A program made the position numbers and the translations under genes. A stretch of 64,000 nucleotides of DNA, from NCBI GenBank assembly GCA_051294375.1, contig CM119265.1:12888124-12952123 (forward strand), in the 5' to 3' direction. Origin of the DNA: Paraspadella gotoi (Eukaryota; Animalia; Chaetognatha). Below the pieces are notes generated by a model. The model was not told the DNA's origin. It saw only the letters and a list, made by a program, of their open reading frames with translations, and ran no database searches. Shown here piece by piece: positions 25,001 to 37,796 of this stretch; the first letter of the stretch is position 1, and each line of letters begins with the position of its first letter.

Positions 25001-28000
25001 TTTCTTTTCTTCAACCAATTCTGAGTTGGTGTCTTGATAACTTTTCGAGGACAATGAATTTTCTAAAAGATCGTCTTTAACTTTGGGGCAGATTACGTAA
25101 TGCTTACGCAAGGCGCTGTAGTCTTTGCAAACGATTCCGCAACCGTAACAGTTTTGTTCGTTTGTTGGACAAAATCTGGTGTGTTTAGCCAAACCCTGTT
25201 TACCAAAGCAGCCCTGTCCGCACTTCGGGCACTCGATCAAAGCCTTGTCATTACCAGAATCCAAAGGAACGGAATGAGTTTCTTTGGAGTCGATGCGAAT
25301 GCGTTGGTTGGTACAAACCAGGAGATGATCCTCTCTCGATTCCTCGGGAGAGAAAACTTTGTCACAACCGCAGCAAACTTCCATCTTTGGGCAAATCGGT
25401 AAATGTCGATTGAGATCTTTTAATCCCTCAAAGACTGCTTCACATTGATTGCAAACCTGAGGGCCAGGGGGAGGGGGCGGCGTAGGAAGTGTTCGACCTT
25501 TGGTTAATGCCTTCAGAGTTTTTGGATTCAAATTGGAGAACCCAATATTCGGTGATGGCTCTGCTGAATGAGACACTTTTACGTTACTCTTAGAGGAAAT
25601 AACGGTCGAGGAAGTAAGAATTGCGGAAGGCACTGCTCGCGTATTGGCGATTGAGGATGAAACGGATGGTGAATTAAATTCGACAGAAGCAGCAGTTGAT
25701 ATCGGCTCGACTTTCTTGAAAACGATTTTAGAATTCATTTCTGCATTTTTTGTCATACGACGGTTGGCAAACCACATGTTAATGCTTGCCTTAAGTAATC
25801 CAGTAGCGACCATTAGCTGCATTACCTGAATATTGTTAGGTGAATCAGAAGTATTTTGAAAAAAGTCTTCGAGAATTTCTCTATTCTTTTTAGTGTTGGC
25901 GAGAATGTCTGTGGTTAATGGTAATGATTTAGAAGTTTCATCGTTTGATGGCGGTGCAGGAGTGATGGAGACGGATTCGATAGGCGAGAATGATCCTTCC
26001 CCAATATTAGTGTCAAATTTCATAGTATCATGGCTCAATCCTCCTACAGCGTGCTTGACTGGAACAATCTGCGGATTGGTACTTATTGGATGCGGACTAT
26101 TAATTTTAGAGATTGATTCATTCAATCCAGATGGAGAGAGAGAAACAGACGATACACTAAGATCAGCTGAGGTTGGCCCATTAATTGATGACGATAAAGC
26201 TCGGTTTACATTTGTGATAGATTGAGCATTTTGACTACCAGTAACTGACGACTGTTTTGTTTGTAATTGCAATTGTGGTATTTGGTTAAAAAATTTTAGT
26301 TGCCCATTGACATTTATGGCGATAGGGGCCTGTGATGGCTGCGAAGATATCATGTTAAATGCATCTAAGTTTGAGGAACTGGATTTAGGCCCAAATCCGG
26401 TTATTTGATTGGCAGAAGCAGAAGCATTTATAGAATTTGCTATAGATAACAGTTGAGCCGTATTAACAAAAATTGGAGGTTGGGACGGTAAAACGGGAGA
26501 TGAAAATGGTTGCTGAACTTGAACATACGTTTGTGGCGAAGTTTCGAGTTTAGGAAATATTTGAGTTTGCCTAGCATAAACAAAATGCGGATGATTTGGT
26601 TCTTGCTTCATGATTAATTGTTGAGGTGTTTGAGATTGAACTAATGGTTTGTTAACGTTTTTATTTTGATTTTCGAAAATAGTCCTTTCGAGCTGCTGCT
26701 GTTTCTGTCGTTCCTTGAAAGACGCCTTAGCAGTTGCCTTTTCTTTTTGTTTGACAAGAGGACAATACCTGAGTAAATGACTCCGTAAACCATTTTCACC
26801 CCAAAAGTTATTTTTGCAGTGGGGACACTGCTTAGTAGCCGGCGCAATACTGGAAGTAACTTTCTTGTTGAAACCTGTCTGAACAGTTGGGGCTTCCTTT
26901 AATTGTTCTGAGACTACCGAATTCTCCTGCATTGTCAAGGCATTAACAGCTGCAGCAGCCTCATCATGCATCGGAATAGGAATTCCTTCTTTCCGATTTT
27001 TGAATTGTCTCGTTTGACATGTCAAAGTTTGCTGATGGGACTGAATGCTTTGACCCTTCTTTAGAACCATCCCACACAGATTACATTTGTAACCAGCATC
27101 AGCCAGACATTTCGTTCTATGCTTTCCATAAGTCCATCTGCTGGAAAAAACAATTTGACAAATGTCGCATCTTTTTGGACCTTTACTCGGACTTTTTTTA
27201 TTTCCACTAATGCCTGGAGCAGGAAGAGTAGCGGTAGGGGTGGGAACATTTTCTGATTGAGGTGAACAATACTGAACAGGATTAAAATTGGCACTAACGG
27301 CGTTAATGGCACCCGAAGGTCGCATCAAACTAGATTGAGCAACGGAGACGTCCGTAGCGGCTGGTGTCCGCATCTTACAACCGCCACCTAACTGATGTTC
27401 CTTCAAGCTGCAGTCGTTGGGAAATTCCCCCATACAATACTGGCAAAATTTATTAGATCCTTGATGCAATAGATGACGCTGGAAGCTGCTCAGATCGTAA
27501 AAGGTATTGTCACAATAACGGCAAAAAACAGAGTGTAGGGGAGCAGCGAGAGTATCGTACTTAAGTCGGCAATTTCGCAGATGACCCAAAAGTTGCTTCA
27601 TGGTATTAAACTTGGTACGACAATGGGCACAAAGTTCGGGTGTGTTACCGAGTTTGGCTTCGCTCACCTTCTGTTTTTCTAGTGCAATTTTGGAGCACAT
27701 CGAATTAGATGTTGGCTTAAGATGATCTTTAAGTTTTTCCTCCGAGTCAAAACAATGGGAACAATTCACGCACTCGAAACAACCACCAGGCCCATGAACG
27801 CATCGTTTTGAATCTAAGTCGAGAGAGACATCGGATTTAATCGGAGCATCTCGAGATTTTGAAACCACCGCCTTCTGTAAGGGCAAAACCCTAGACGACA
27901 AAAAATTTGGCTGTTCACCGATGGAGCCAGATGTTTCCACGAGTGAGAGTGGAAGAGACTGAGGCATTAGAGGAAACGGTTCTGGAACGTTAAACTCGTT

Positions 28001-31000
28001 GACTACATCCGGGGCATCTACAGGAAGATTCTCCGCCAGAGATTCTACATCGATTTTCTCTCCCGGAGCCAATATGGAGCTTTCCTCCAGATTGTAGGAA
28101 AATTGAAATTCCGAACCTGCAACGTCAGGACTTCCAACGGGAGTCACGATCGGGGACAGGCCAGATTCGGCAGTCAGGGTAGAGAAGGACGATGCAACAG
28201 ACTCTTGGGTAGCTTCGTCGTCAGTTTCGACGTCTCTGACCTTGAGCAAAACGTTGATACGATCCACAGAGTTTTCTGAACACGAAGCCAGGGCCTCGTC
28301 ATCTCCGACATAAACCACCTCTTTCTTAGATGTTTTTTTGTATTTTGTTTTTAAGATATCTATTACATCTTCGGGCGCGACGTATGTCGGAGCTTGTGAA
28401 TCGCGATGATCGAATGTCACGTCGGCATTAGGATAAGATGACGCGGCGACGTTCGGACGAACTTCAACGATGGTGCAAGTGTAAACACAACGTTGGCCAG
28501 GACGAATGGCGCTCCAAAAGACTCGAGAGACGCTGTATCCGATCGGGTAAAGGCACTCTTTAGTCTCCGAGACACGGTGGAGTTCGCCCCAGGAAGCGAC
28601 GGTCAGAGATCCAACGAGCAAGCGGAGTTGCTGAGGCTGAAGCCCTAAAAAAGGGAAAAAAATATCTTACATTTTGTTCGATTGAAAAACTGGTACATGC
28701 TGAAGTAATCTGCGAAATACGAATTCGAAACTATTTTTAAATACTTAGGTATGTAGTTTTTAAAATATCAACGTATTACTTTGTACGTACGTTATAACAG
28801 GAAATTTGTCAAAAAAAAATTCTGTCAACATCTCACCTTCCTTCCAGTTTCTTTTCAACCGATCCTCCGTCAGAGCTCTCAAGTTGATAAACAGCCTCCG
28901 ACGGTTGACAAAATCCTGCACCAATTCCTCGTGACGGTTCGATCTGTCGTCTTCTTTGGCGGCGTGTGAAGGACAGAGGACGCGCTTGGCGCAATGAAGC
29001 CCCAACAGAAATGCACAGCCTGTTAGTCTGGCGCACATAAAGTGGTATATAGCGGTGCAACCGTTTACGTGACAAGCGACGGAAGCTCCAGATTCCCGGC
29101 AACAATCGCAGCGAAAATTTTCGGCATCCTTAAGAAAGTTTGCGGCATAAAGAAGGCCGCCGCCGCCGTCCTCGAAAACTCCGGCACTCCATAGGACGCA
29201 GTTGGCGTGGAGCCAGTCGTCTTGACCGGCATAGAGGAGGCGTCCTTCGTCGGATGGTTGGCCTTCACCGTAAATAGAACAAAGACGACATTGGCGAGAG
29301 TCGTTGTCTCCCTTAATCGCGGACGGGTTTCCAGACGTCGAAGACGACTTCGTTTCCATCGAGGCGGTTTTGGGGCCGAAAAAGGCGTAAATGTGATCGC
29401 TACTTTCAGGCTGTCTCGTCGGAATGATAGACGGTTTTTCCGGCGTCACGTTGTGCTTCTTGATTCGCAGCTTTTCCGCTTTTCGCGATGAACAGGAAGA
29501 AAGAGATTCGTCATCGCTTTCACCTCCGAGCATCTTTTTTGCGTCGAACCAAGGAAACTGCTTCTCGATTTGCTGACTGAGAACGCGTACAACGTTGACT
29601 CCGTGCTCTTTGAAAGAATTATCCGAGGGCCCCGACGAAACGTTCGTGACAAAAGTGATGATGCGAAGGACGTCCTTGACGAATTCTGTGACGGATGTAT
29701 ACTTTCCTCCCTCGAACTTGGACTTGATCTCCAGGAGATTTCTAGGAAACCCGTTGTTTTGAAGATCCCACCCCGAGGTTAACTGTTCTTCGGCGATCCA
29801 TTCAGGAGATGTAGGATTGAGTTGAATAAGAAGCGAAGAACTCGGAGCATCGAGAAGTTTCACCAAAACGGCCATTATTCCTTTATGAAAAGTAAAGAAA
29901 ATAAATATATCGATAAATACAAAAATCGATTTCAATTCTTTTTCTAATATACCTGAACTCATCTCTTCCCAGAGAGCGAATTGCCACGGTGCTGGTCTTT
30001 TAGTCAAACACGTAACGCAAAGGTATGGGATGTTGTCGGGCAATACAGAAAGAATCTCATACATTTCATCCGACAGTTTTTCGCACTCGGCATGAACCCA
30101 CATGTTGCATCTCCCACACTGTACCATTTTTGAGGAGTAGTCCGATTCGTCGTACCTAGATAATTCAATTCATATTATCGATTATAATTTTTAAATTATT
30201 ATCACTATTCTTATAATTGAAGAATGAATGTTAAGGTCCCAAAAAATTGACAAGAACAAGTATAATTAATCGATCTCACAAGGCAACAGATAATAATTCC
30301 ATGGGTTCAATAATTCGATAGGTTTAAATTTATAAAAAAAATTAAAAACCAAATTCTATACTTACTACTTTTTATACTATTATCTTAAACTTATAATTTT
30401 AAATTGCCAAAAACGATACCCCTAAAATGAGACCCATAAAACCTAATTATGCCAAAAACATTGATTTACCATTTGTGACAAAGCGGGCAACAGCTTCCTT
30501 GGTCCATCAACTTTCCGCACTGGGCACAAAGCGAAAAGTCGTGCGTCCATTTGGCACCAAACGGGCCCGGAGTTGTCGCCCCGCAGTTCTTGCACTTCAC
30601 GCACGCGGTACACATCCAGACGCCATTTTTAGATTTCTTCTTAGCGTAGTTTGAACCGCCAACACACAGAGCGTGAAATGTACGGTGACAACCGTTGCAA
30701 GATAGAACGTCCTTTTGAAGGCCGCAAATCTCGCAGTACCTGCATTTGTTGCAGACCCAATTCTCGATGAGCTTGAAAGACGTCTTCAAAGGAGTAGCTG
30801 ACTTGAAATTTTCCGATTCTGGGCGCACTAAGGAAGATGGAAGACCGTTGTCGTTAGAGTCTGGAGAAGAAGGTGAAACTTCTTGCATGAAGGGACGCTC
30901 GCTCGGAGGCAAACAAAACACGTGAAACGGTTCGCAGCACACGTTGCAATAGATTAGAGCGTTCATATCCACTCCAATGCTCCCACACAGGAAGCACGCG

Positions 31001-34000
31001 GCGTTAACAGGAATGGCTTCAGAAGATGCGAGCGTCCAGCCGCATTTCCAGAGGGTGCCTCCAGAAAAGTCGTGAATGACTTCATGAGCGACTTTTAGCG
31101 AATGAATTGGGGACAATTTTTTCGCCGGTGTCACATTTTGCTGAAGTCCGTAACCGGCCGCGGGAGCATAGGTTGTGATGGCTTTGAGGTCTTTTATCGA
31201 GGTCGGATTAGGTTTATGACGAACAATAAGGTCGCTCAGAGCGGGGTCCTTAGCGTTTTTAAAAAAGCTGCGTTGCATGGTGGCTCGATCGCGGAGGCGG
31301 TACTGCCGAGAAGGATGTTTATTTGCGTGTTGCTTTCCCGATGCAGGAGCTGAAACGTCTAACTGCTTGTGCAGCTGTTTGTCCTGCTTTTGTTGCAACT
31401 GTCGATGTGCAGCCTTGCTAAGTTTTTGTGCTGCGCTAAGCGCTGCGCTGACAGGAGTGTGGGGTTTGCGGAAGGGAGATTTCTTGAGAGTTGGATTACG
31501 AGATGGGGTCAGGGGAGATACAGAAGAAACCGCCTTCGAGTAGGATCTTACTGGCAATTCATCCTGAACGAGATTCTCCTCCTCGCCTTCATCGTCGGAG
31601 CCAAAGTAACGAACCTCGTCGTCCTCTTCCTCAAATTCGACCAATTGCTTAAGAATGTTGGGCGTGAGTTTAGCCAATTCCGGATATAGGGACAAACATC
31701 GACGAAAAATACAACCGCGTATTTTCTTTTTTCTTCCGTTACTTCGCTTGTTATCCGACCGTTTGCGCTGGATACAAAAAATACACTCATCGCAATTCGG
31801 GGCCAAACATCCCGCGCATTCGTTGCAACGAACACGAGATACGAATGGTCTCCGAGATGATGGCGGTGTGACGGGTGGAGAACTAAAGGTGGGCGAGGTT
31901 ATCGCGGCTACACTAGGGGGCAATGAATCATCCTCATTTTTCAGAGCTTCAGTATTGGATGCTCCCTCCTCAAGCTCATTGCTAACATTTTTCTCCCCGT
32001 CGTTGTCCAATAAAAAGCTTTCGCCCAGTAAAGTGTCTGCATTTTCTAGGTGGTTACTGGCATTATCGTCACTCGGAAAAATTTCATCGTCATTGGAAAC
32101 AACGAGATGATTTGAATCCCCTTCACTGACAATATCCTCATCCGTATCGTTTGCATCATCTTCATGTGCATCTGTATCGTCATCCGTCGCAGTCTCACTA
32201 TCTGCATCTTCCTCACAGACAGTCTCATTGTCACTTCTATCGATTTTGGTGAGCTCTTCGTCCTCACTGATGATGTCTTCGTCGTCGTCTGTAGAAACCA
32301 ACTCGTAAAGATCAGGAAGAGTTTTTTCATCCGATTGTTTCATGCGAATTTTCAGTTTCATCATGGCCGACTTGGGCCTCGACATTGTTTCTTCTTTACT
32401 TCCATTGCCTTTGACAATTTCATTATCCTTATAATTAAAATCATGGAAATCTGCACCGCCGACTTCTTTCTCCTCCAAAATTTCTTCCTTAGTGGGAATC
32501 TCATTCTCAACTAGATTCGACAAACTTACCATGCATTCTTTCATATCAAATGGTTTAAAGGGTGATCGAAGTGAAGATTTTGACTTAACCGCACTATCTT
32601 CTTTCAGGTTTGGAACTCTCACGATTAAGTTTTTGTCATATTCTTGAGTTTTTAAATTGCTATCTCTCATTTTAGATTTTATAACAGTATTTGTATTCAT
32701 AAAGTCAGATCCTTCCACTACCGAGGACATAAATTCTTCGTCGGTTTTTTCGGAAGAGATAGAATCTTCTAGAGCTGTATTACCTTTACAAACATCTTCC
32801 GTTCCATAACTTGGAACATCGTCAGAGTTTGAAACTTCGTCTTCTCGTGCTTCAGGGTTTAAAACCTTAGAATTAAAAACATCGTCTTCTTTCATTTCTA
32901 AGTTTAAAACGTCTTCGCCATCTTCAGAGAACAAGACATTAACATTTGTTTCTTCTACTGCTTTCAAGTTTGAAACTTGGTCTAACTTCTCTTCAGTATT
33001 TAAAACATGCTTTATTATTTCAGAGCTAAAAACTTTGTTTTCTCTGTGTCCAGAGTTTGAATTTCCACAATTACAGTCCAAAACATCCCCCCTTATTTCA
33101 GAGTTTGAAATGTCATCTGTCGCTTTTGAATTCGAAAGTTTGTTTGTTTTCGTAACAGAGTTGGAAACGATTTCTTCTTTCATTTCAGAGGTCAAAACCT
33201 CATCTGTTGTCGTAGAGTTAGAAACATCGACTTCTTTCCTTTTGGAGAACAAGACATCCTTTTTAGATTGCAAAATCTCTTCTTTTGCTGAGGGCAAACA
33301 AAGTGTTTCAGAGTTTATAAAATTATCTGAATGACAGTTTGTGTGACTATATTGTGAAATATAGGAGTTACTTTTTAACTTGAAGACTTTTGAGGCTTTT
33401 GAACATAAGACCTTGTACTTTTTCGTCCCAAATGCTTCCACCATTTTGTACACTTTTTGCAAATACAGTCGTCGGGCGAAAATTCTACGTTGCGGCCCGA
33501 TCCATCGGCCGCTGCCATCACGCATTGGATTAGCAAGAAAGTGTGCCACATTCCAAATTGGTCCGAAATATCGCACCGAACGCCAGTTGGGCGTTGTAAT
33601 ATCGAGATTCCAACCGCCTCTATTCTGTTCTTTTGTGTTCTGTTTACCGCTTTTTTTGGATGCATCCCCATGGTTACCTCCGTCATTTTTTTTAGTACCG
33701 CCGAAACCTCCGATACCGCCTCCGCCATTTTCTCTTTCTGAACCACCACTCCCAAGCCCATTATCACCCCCCATTGGCGGTGGTGGGGTCGGCGTCCGTC
33801 CTCTTTTTTGTACTTTGTTGTTCCCATGAACGTTTTCTTTCTGGAGCTTTCTGCATCTGCGTCTCACGCATCTTTGCCGCAAAATTTGGCGGCCTCCGTT
33901 GCGCGCGGAATCCAAGCAGAAAAGGCAAGAGTCACAATTAGGAGCACGACATCCATCGCAGTCATTGCAACGGCCGACGAGAAAGTCCTGTTCCATGGGA

Positions 34001-37000
34001 TCCTTGTCGGTCTTGGAGACGAGTTTTTTCTCTCGTGTACCTTTTTTCCCTAAGATTACCTTGGGTCTCCAACGAGTTTTTTTCAATTTATTATTTCGTT
34101 CTTTTCGCTGCATCCAGGACTGCCGTCGGTGGGTGGCGACCAGCGCTTCATCGGCCATTTCGTTGGTGTTTTTTATAAGCTCATCAAACGTTAATCCTTC
34201 CGAGTCTGAGTTCCGGACGTTTGCTTCCTCGATGGCTTTAGTCTTTTCATCGGAAGGAAGGGCTGAAAGGCGTACGAAATCGACGCTGGATTCGGATCCA
34301 ACGCTCGACGTGGCGTCGTCGTCCGCGGCATCCAGTTTCGAAAAGGGCGGAACATCGTTACCTAGGGATATTGACGCAAGAGAACCGCACTTGGCGGGAC
34401 TACCTTGCCGTTTGGCGACGGAGGCCTTCCGACACACATGCTTTATTCGAGGTCCTTTTACTTCGTCGACCGAATCATCAAAGACTTCTAGCGGTAATTC
34501 ATGATTTTCCTCCGTAAATTTTGAATCTGATACGAAAAGCCCGGCCTTCGTTTCCTCTTCGGCGTGTGAGGATATTGAATTGTTGTTCCCCTCGCCAGCG
34601 TCGCCATTGTCGACGCCGACGCCGAACGAGGGCGAAGGTGCAGGAAATTTCGGTCTCTTTCCGCCGGCCTTGCCAAGACCCTCTTGGGGACCGTTAAAGG
34701 AGGACGACGACGTGGTGGACGGTCCGTCATCATGTATGCCGACTGGAGATGTCGGAGAAGAAGCGCTCAAGCTGAACAGAGGATAAAAATAATGCAACTT
34801 ATTGTAACTATTTCGTTTATTTCAGGAACTTGTGTAATGTGTATTCTTACCGTCTCAGTTTAGGCGGCGGCGACTTCTGTACGCGACAGGCATCGCACCT
34901 CGCGTTTCCGTGATCGAAGCTGACGCCGCATTTGGAGGAGATATGTTTGGGGGAGTGAGAGCCAGGTCCATGTGTCCATGATGTAGGCGCGCAACCGGAG
35001 CAAACGGCTGATTTGTCTGATTAAACGAAATTAAATTATATACAAGAGCAAAATTACGTTGTTTAAATTAAGGTTTAAATAACGAACTTTCATCACCGTC
35101 AACGTGTTCTCGACATATGACACAAACTCGTTCTCTCTCGCTATCCGTGAGTTTTCGGTTTTCGCCAGTGCTGTTATCGTAAAGTAAAAAGGTTAATGCG
35201 GTCTTTCAACAAATAAAGGAAGATAAAAACTAACACAGAATACCTGTCTCGCATAACAGAAAGTAAAGAATCAAGTTGAGGCGATTCATCGAGAGGTTTA
35301 GGAGAAAGCAAACCTCCGGTGATGCATTCGATTCTATACGTAAATTAAAATAAAAAATTCAAGACGTTTTCTCGCCATGAAATGGACAAGTTCGTTATTT
35401 CCTTACTTTGAGGAAGAGTTATGATCGTTTTTGGTCGTCATTCCAGTGGATCGTCTTGTTACGGTTTTTTTTTCATCCTCACGAATCTATCATTGATCAG
35501 AGGGAGAAATTAAAACTTTATACGTTTTTTATCGTCAACTTTGAAAACATACCCAAGTTTCACTAAATTTCCCAGGGCCAAGTTTTGATGAGGCCCTAGC
35601 AACATCTGCCAGGGCGCCTTTTCGTGGTTTCCAAATGAGAGATTGATCGGAGGACGTGTGCCCCTTGCCTTTTGGAGATATCTCATTCGACGATGGTTCA
35701 ATCGATCGATTGGGGGAAACTGAAAAACCTGAAAAAATGTTGTACGACTTTCGTAGAGGGGCTTGATCGGGAAGTAGAACTAGATAGACTTAAAAGAAAC
35801 AACCAAGATTAGTTACCTGGAATGGTCGGAACACTGACACCCTCGGCCATGTACCACTTCAACTTGTTGGAAATCTTCCTCTCGCGTTTGCCCGAAAGTA
35901 TCGTTGTCTTATCTAAAAGCGCCGAGTTTTCCTCCACCCATTCCATCGCCCAACCTTTAGATTTGGAACGGGGCGATTGCGGGTCGCTACGCCGCGTTTC
36001 AGGAGGAACAAACTTGGGTGGCGCGATCACAGGCTTTTTAGAACAATGCCAATCTAGACGAATAGACGAAAAATATAATATCTTAGCAAGTATTTTTCAT
36101 TATTGTATGATTTTAAGTGGTTAGGGATAAGATACCTGGTTTATTCATATCTTTGGCAGGGCTCGAGCTCACGGACGAAGGAAGAGAAATCAGATCCCTA
36201 TAGTCGTCGCTCGTGGAACTTCGAAAAGAAATAATACGTTATCAATCATCCCAGCTTTCAGTTACCGTCAGAGAGCTGAACGACCTGGCTAACCTGGGGG
36301 ACGAGTCGAGGCCGGATGAAAGAAAAGTAGATTTTCCAACGGATGAAACGGAAGAGGCGCCGGTCGAGGCCGCCGACGACGTGGTGGAGTCTCCAGCGTC
36401 TGAAGGGCAGGGAGAAGGTAGTCGATGCGGGTGTCTCCGATCCAATGATCTCCTGATGAATATTAACATCATTATTTTAACTAAGATAAAAGGAGAGAGA
36501 CAGTTAATAAGAATCTTACCTAGAGGATCTTCTCATTTCTTCGTCTATGATCAATGGAGGCGTCGGAGATTTGGAAATGAAATCCCTTTCGCTGACGGCC
36601 CGCGATTCGATCTTTTTTCCTTTAGTCAACGAGGAAGTTTTGTTCCTTTGGCTCTCGTTCGCGGAAGAAGAAGACATGGGAGAAGAGTCACGACTTGCTT
36701 TAGTTTTGACCCTTTCTGACGTCAAGCTCTTCAAAGTAGCATCAATCATCTCGGATGCCACCGTCGTTTTTCTCGCTTTATCCTTGTCGCAAGGTAATTG
36801 GGAACGCTTGGAAAACTCCGGGCTTGTTTTCGTAAGTGGCTTTTCCGCGGGTTTCGAGGCGGCAGCTTCCGTTTTATTAGATTGATTGGGCAACGATTTT
36901 TCTGGCTTGTTTTTGAGGGATCGCGAGGAAACTACACGAGAAACGGTAGATGTCAAGGGTGAAGATTTGGATTTTTGTTTTTTGTCGCCAGATTTCGTCG

Positions 37001-37645
37001 AGTCGGTAATTTTAATTTCGTTTTTCGGCGTCCCTTTAGAAAGACTCTTCTGCCTAGAATCGCCGCCTCCAGAAGGTTTTTGCTTGTTATTGTAAAACAA
37101 TTTGTTGCTAGGATCTCCAACGGGCTTGGAATTTCCTTTGCTATTCTTAGATTCGTTTTTAATTTGAGGCATTACTCCCGGGGGCATTTCCACGTCCGAT
37201 TTTTTTGAGGAAGAGTTTTGTTTAGACTGGGCAGTGGAGGAAATCGGCACAGAATGCTTTGGGGTGACACTACCCTTTAATCCACTAACAGTACTGTTCC
37301 CTTGGTCTTCTTCAAAAGCATCGAGAAAAGCGGCGTCGAAATCCGTTTCCGACTTATCGACTTCCGAGCAAGAAAATCCATCAAAGTCGTCCACGGATGA
37401 GTCATCGCTTAGAGATCCACCGAAAATGCTGTATGCGTATTCAAAGCAAAACGTTAAAAATTTATATAATATTGCTTTTAATAGTATAGTATTTATTATA
37501 CGAACCTGTGAAAACCTTCGATGCTCTTTTTCAATTTTCCGAGGGCCTGTCCGAGGGCTTCAGGCATATCAGGTTTAGTCTGGGGTAAGCGCGCCCGTCC
37601 AGCGCGATGTCCCGGTCGCGCCGGAAAGCGTGGACGCGCAGCCAT
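19030..37645 (-). CDS. KMT2A: KMT2A/B (MLL1/Trithorax)-type histone H3K4 methyltransferase with extra CXXC, CCHC zinc fingers and homeodomains
   Basis: N-terminal menin-binding [12 protein letters not shown] (ATG 37645). CXXC at ~33850-33975 and ~31695-31835; PHD1-3 ~31000-30000; bromo-like and ePHD 29880-28840. FYRN ([30 protein letters not shown]) at ~28640-28470 and FYRC at ~20300-19960. Win-like SGCCRSE, SET ([39 protein letters not shown]) and post-[16 protein letters not shown], with stop at 19030. About 19 GT-AG exons. Confidence 0.95.
21761..21828. repeat. 68-bp dispersed repeat (probable 3' tail of a second PLE family)
   Basis: TATGAAATTGGTACAACCAATATAAAAATTATCCATTCATTTAATAAATAAGCTATCTTGCCCCTGAC is essentially identical to 62126-62193 and 62451-62518. 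A partial inverted copy lies at 63648-63672. Confidence 0.8.
22900..23620. mobile_element. Degraded AT-rich MITE-like remnant in a KMT2 intron, related to the element at 60647-61765
   Basis: Shares an inverted TTTCCTGA..GGCGCTAGCA motif (22921-22942 vs 60781-60802) and the internal inverted pair GATTCAGATT / GAATCCAAATC. I found no intact TIRs. Confidence 0.35.
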
Positions 37646-37796
37646 GTCGACGCGCTTCTGGCAGACGCCAGACGTCGAGAGAGGGTAAAAAAACCAACTC
37701 AATTATTCATAGAACCTGAAATCAATTCGGTTGTAAAACGGCAATGACAAAAAAAAAACATTAACACGCGCGAATCACTAGTTTATGATCAACTAA

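Noticed and set aside
20194-28621. A separate zinc-finger/homeobox gene nested in a KMT2 intron
   Set aside because: The fingers and homeodomains are in the same uninterrupted ORFs as FYRN and FYRC, and the flanking splice phases match.
33380-34504. Long antisense ORFs opposite KMT2 (and similar ones opposite DDX54, SIN3, TGS1 and FUBP)
   Set aside because: Shadow frames of GC-rich coding exons with no independent motifs or splice logic.
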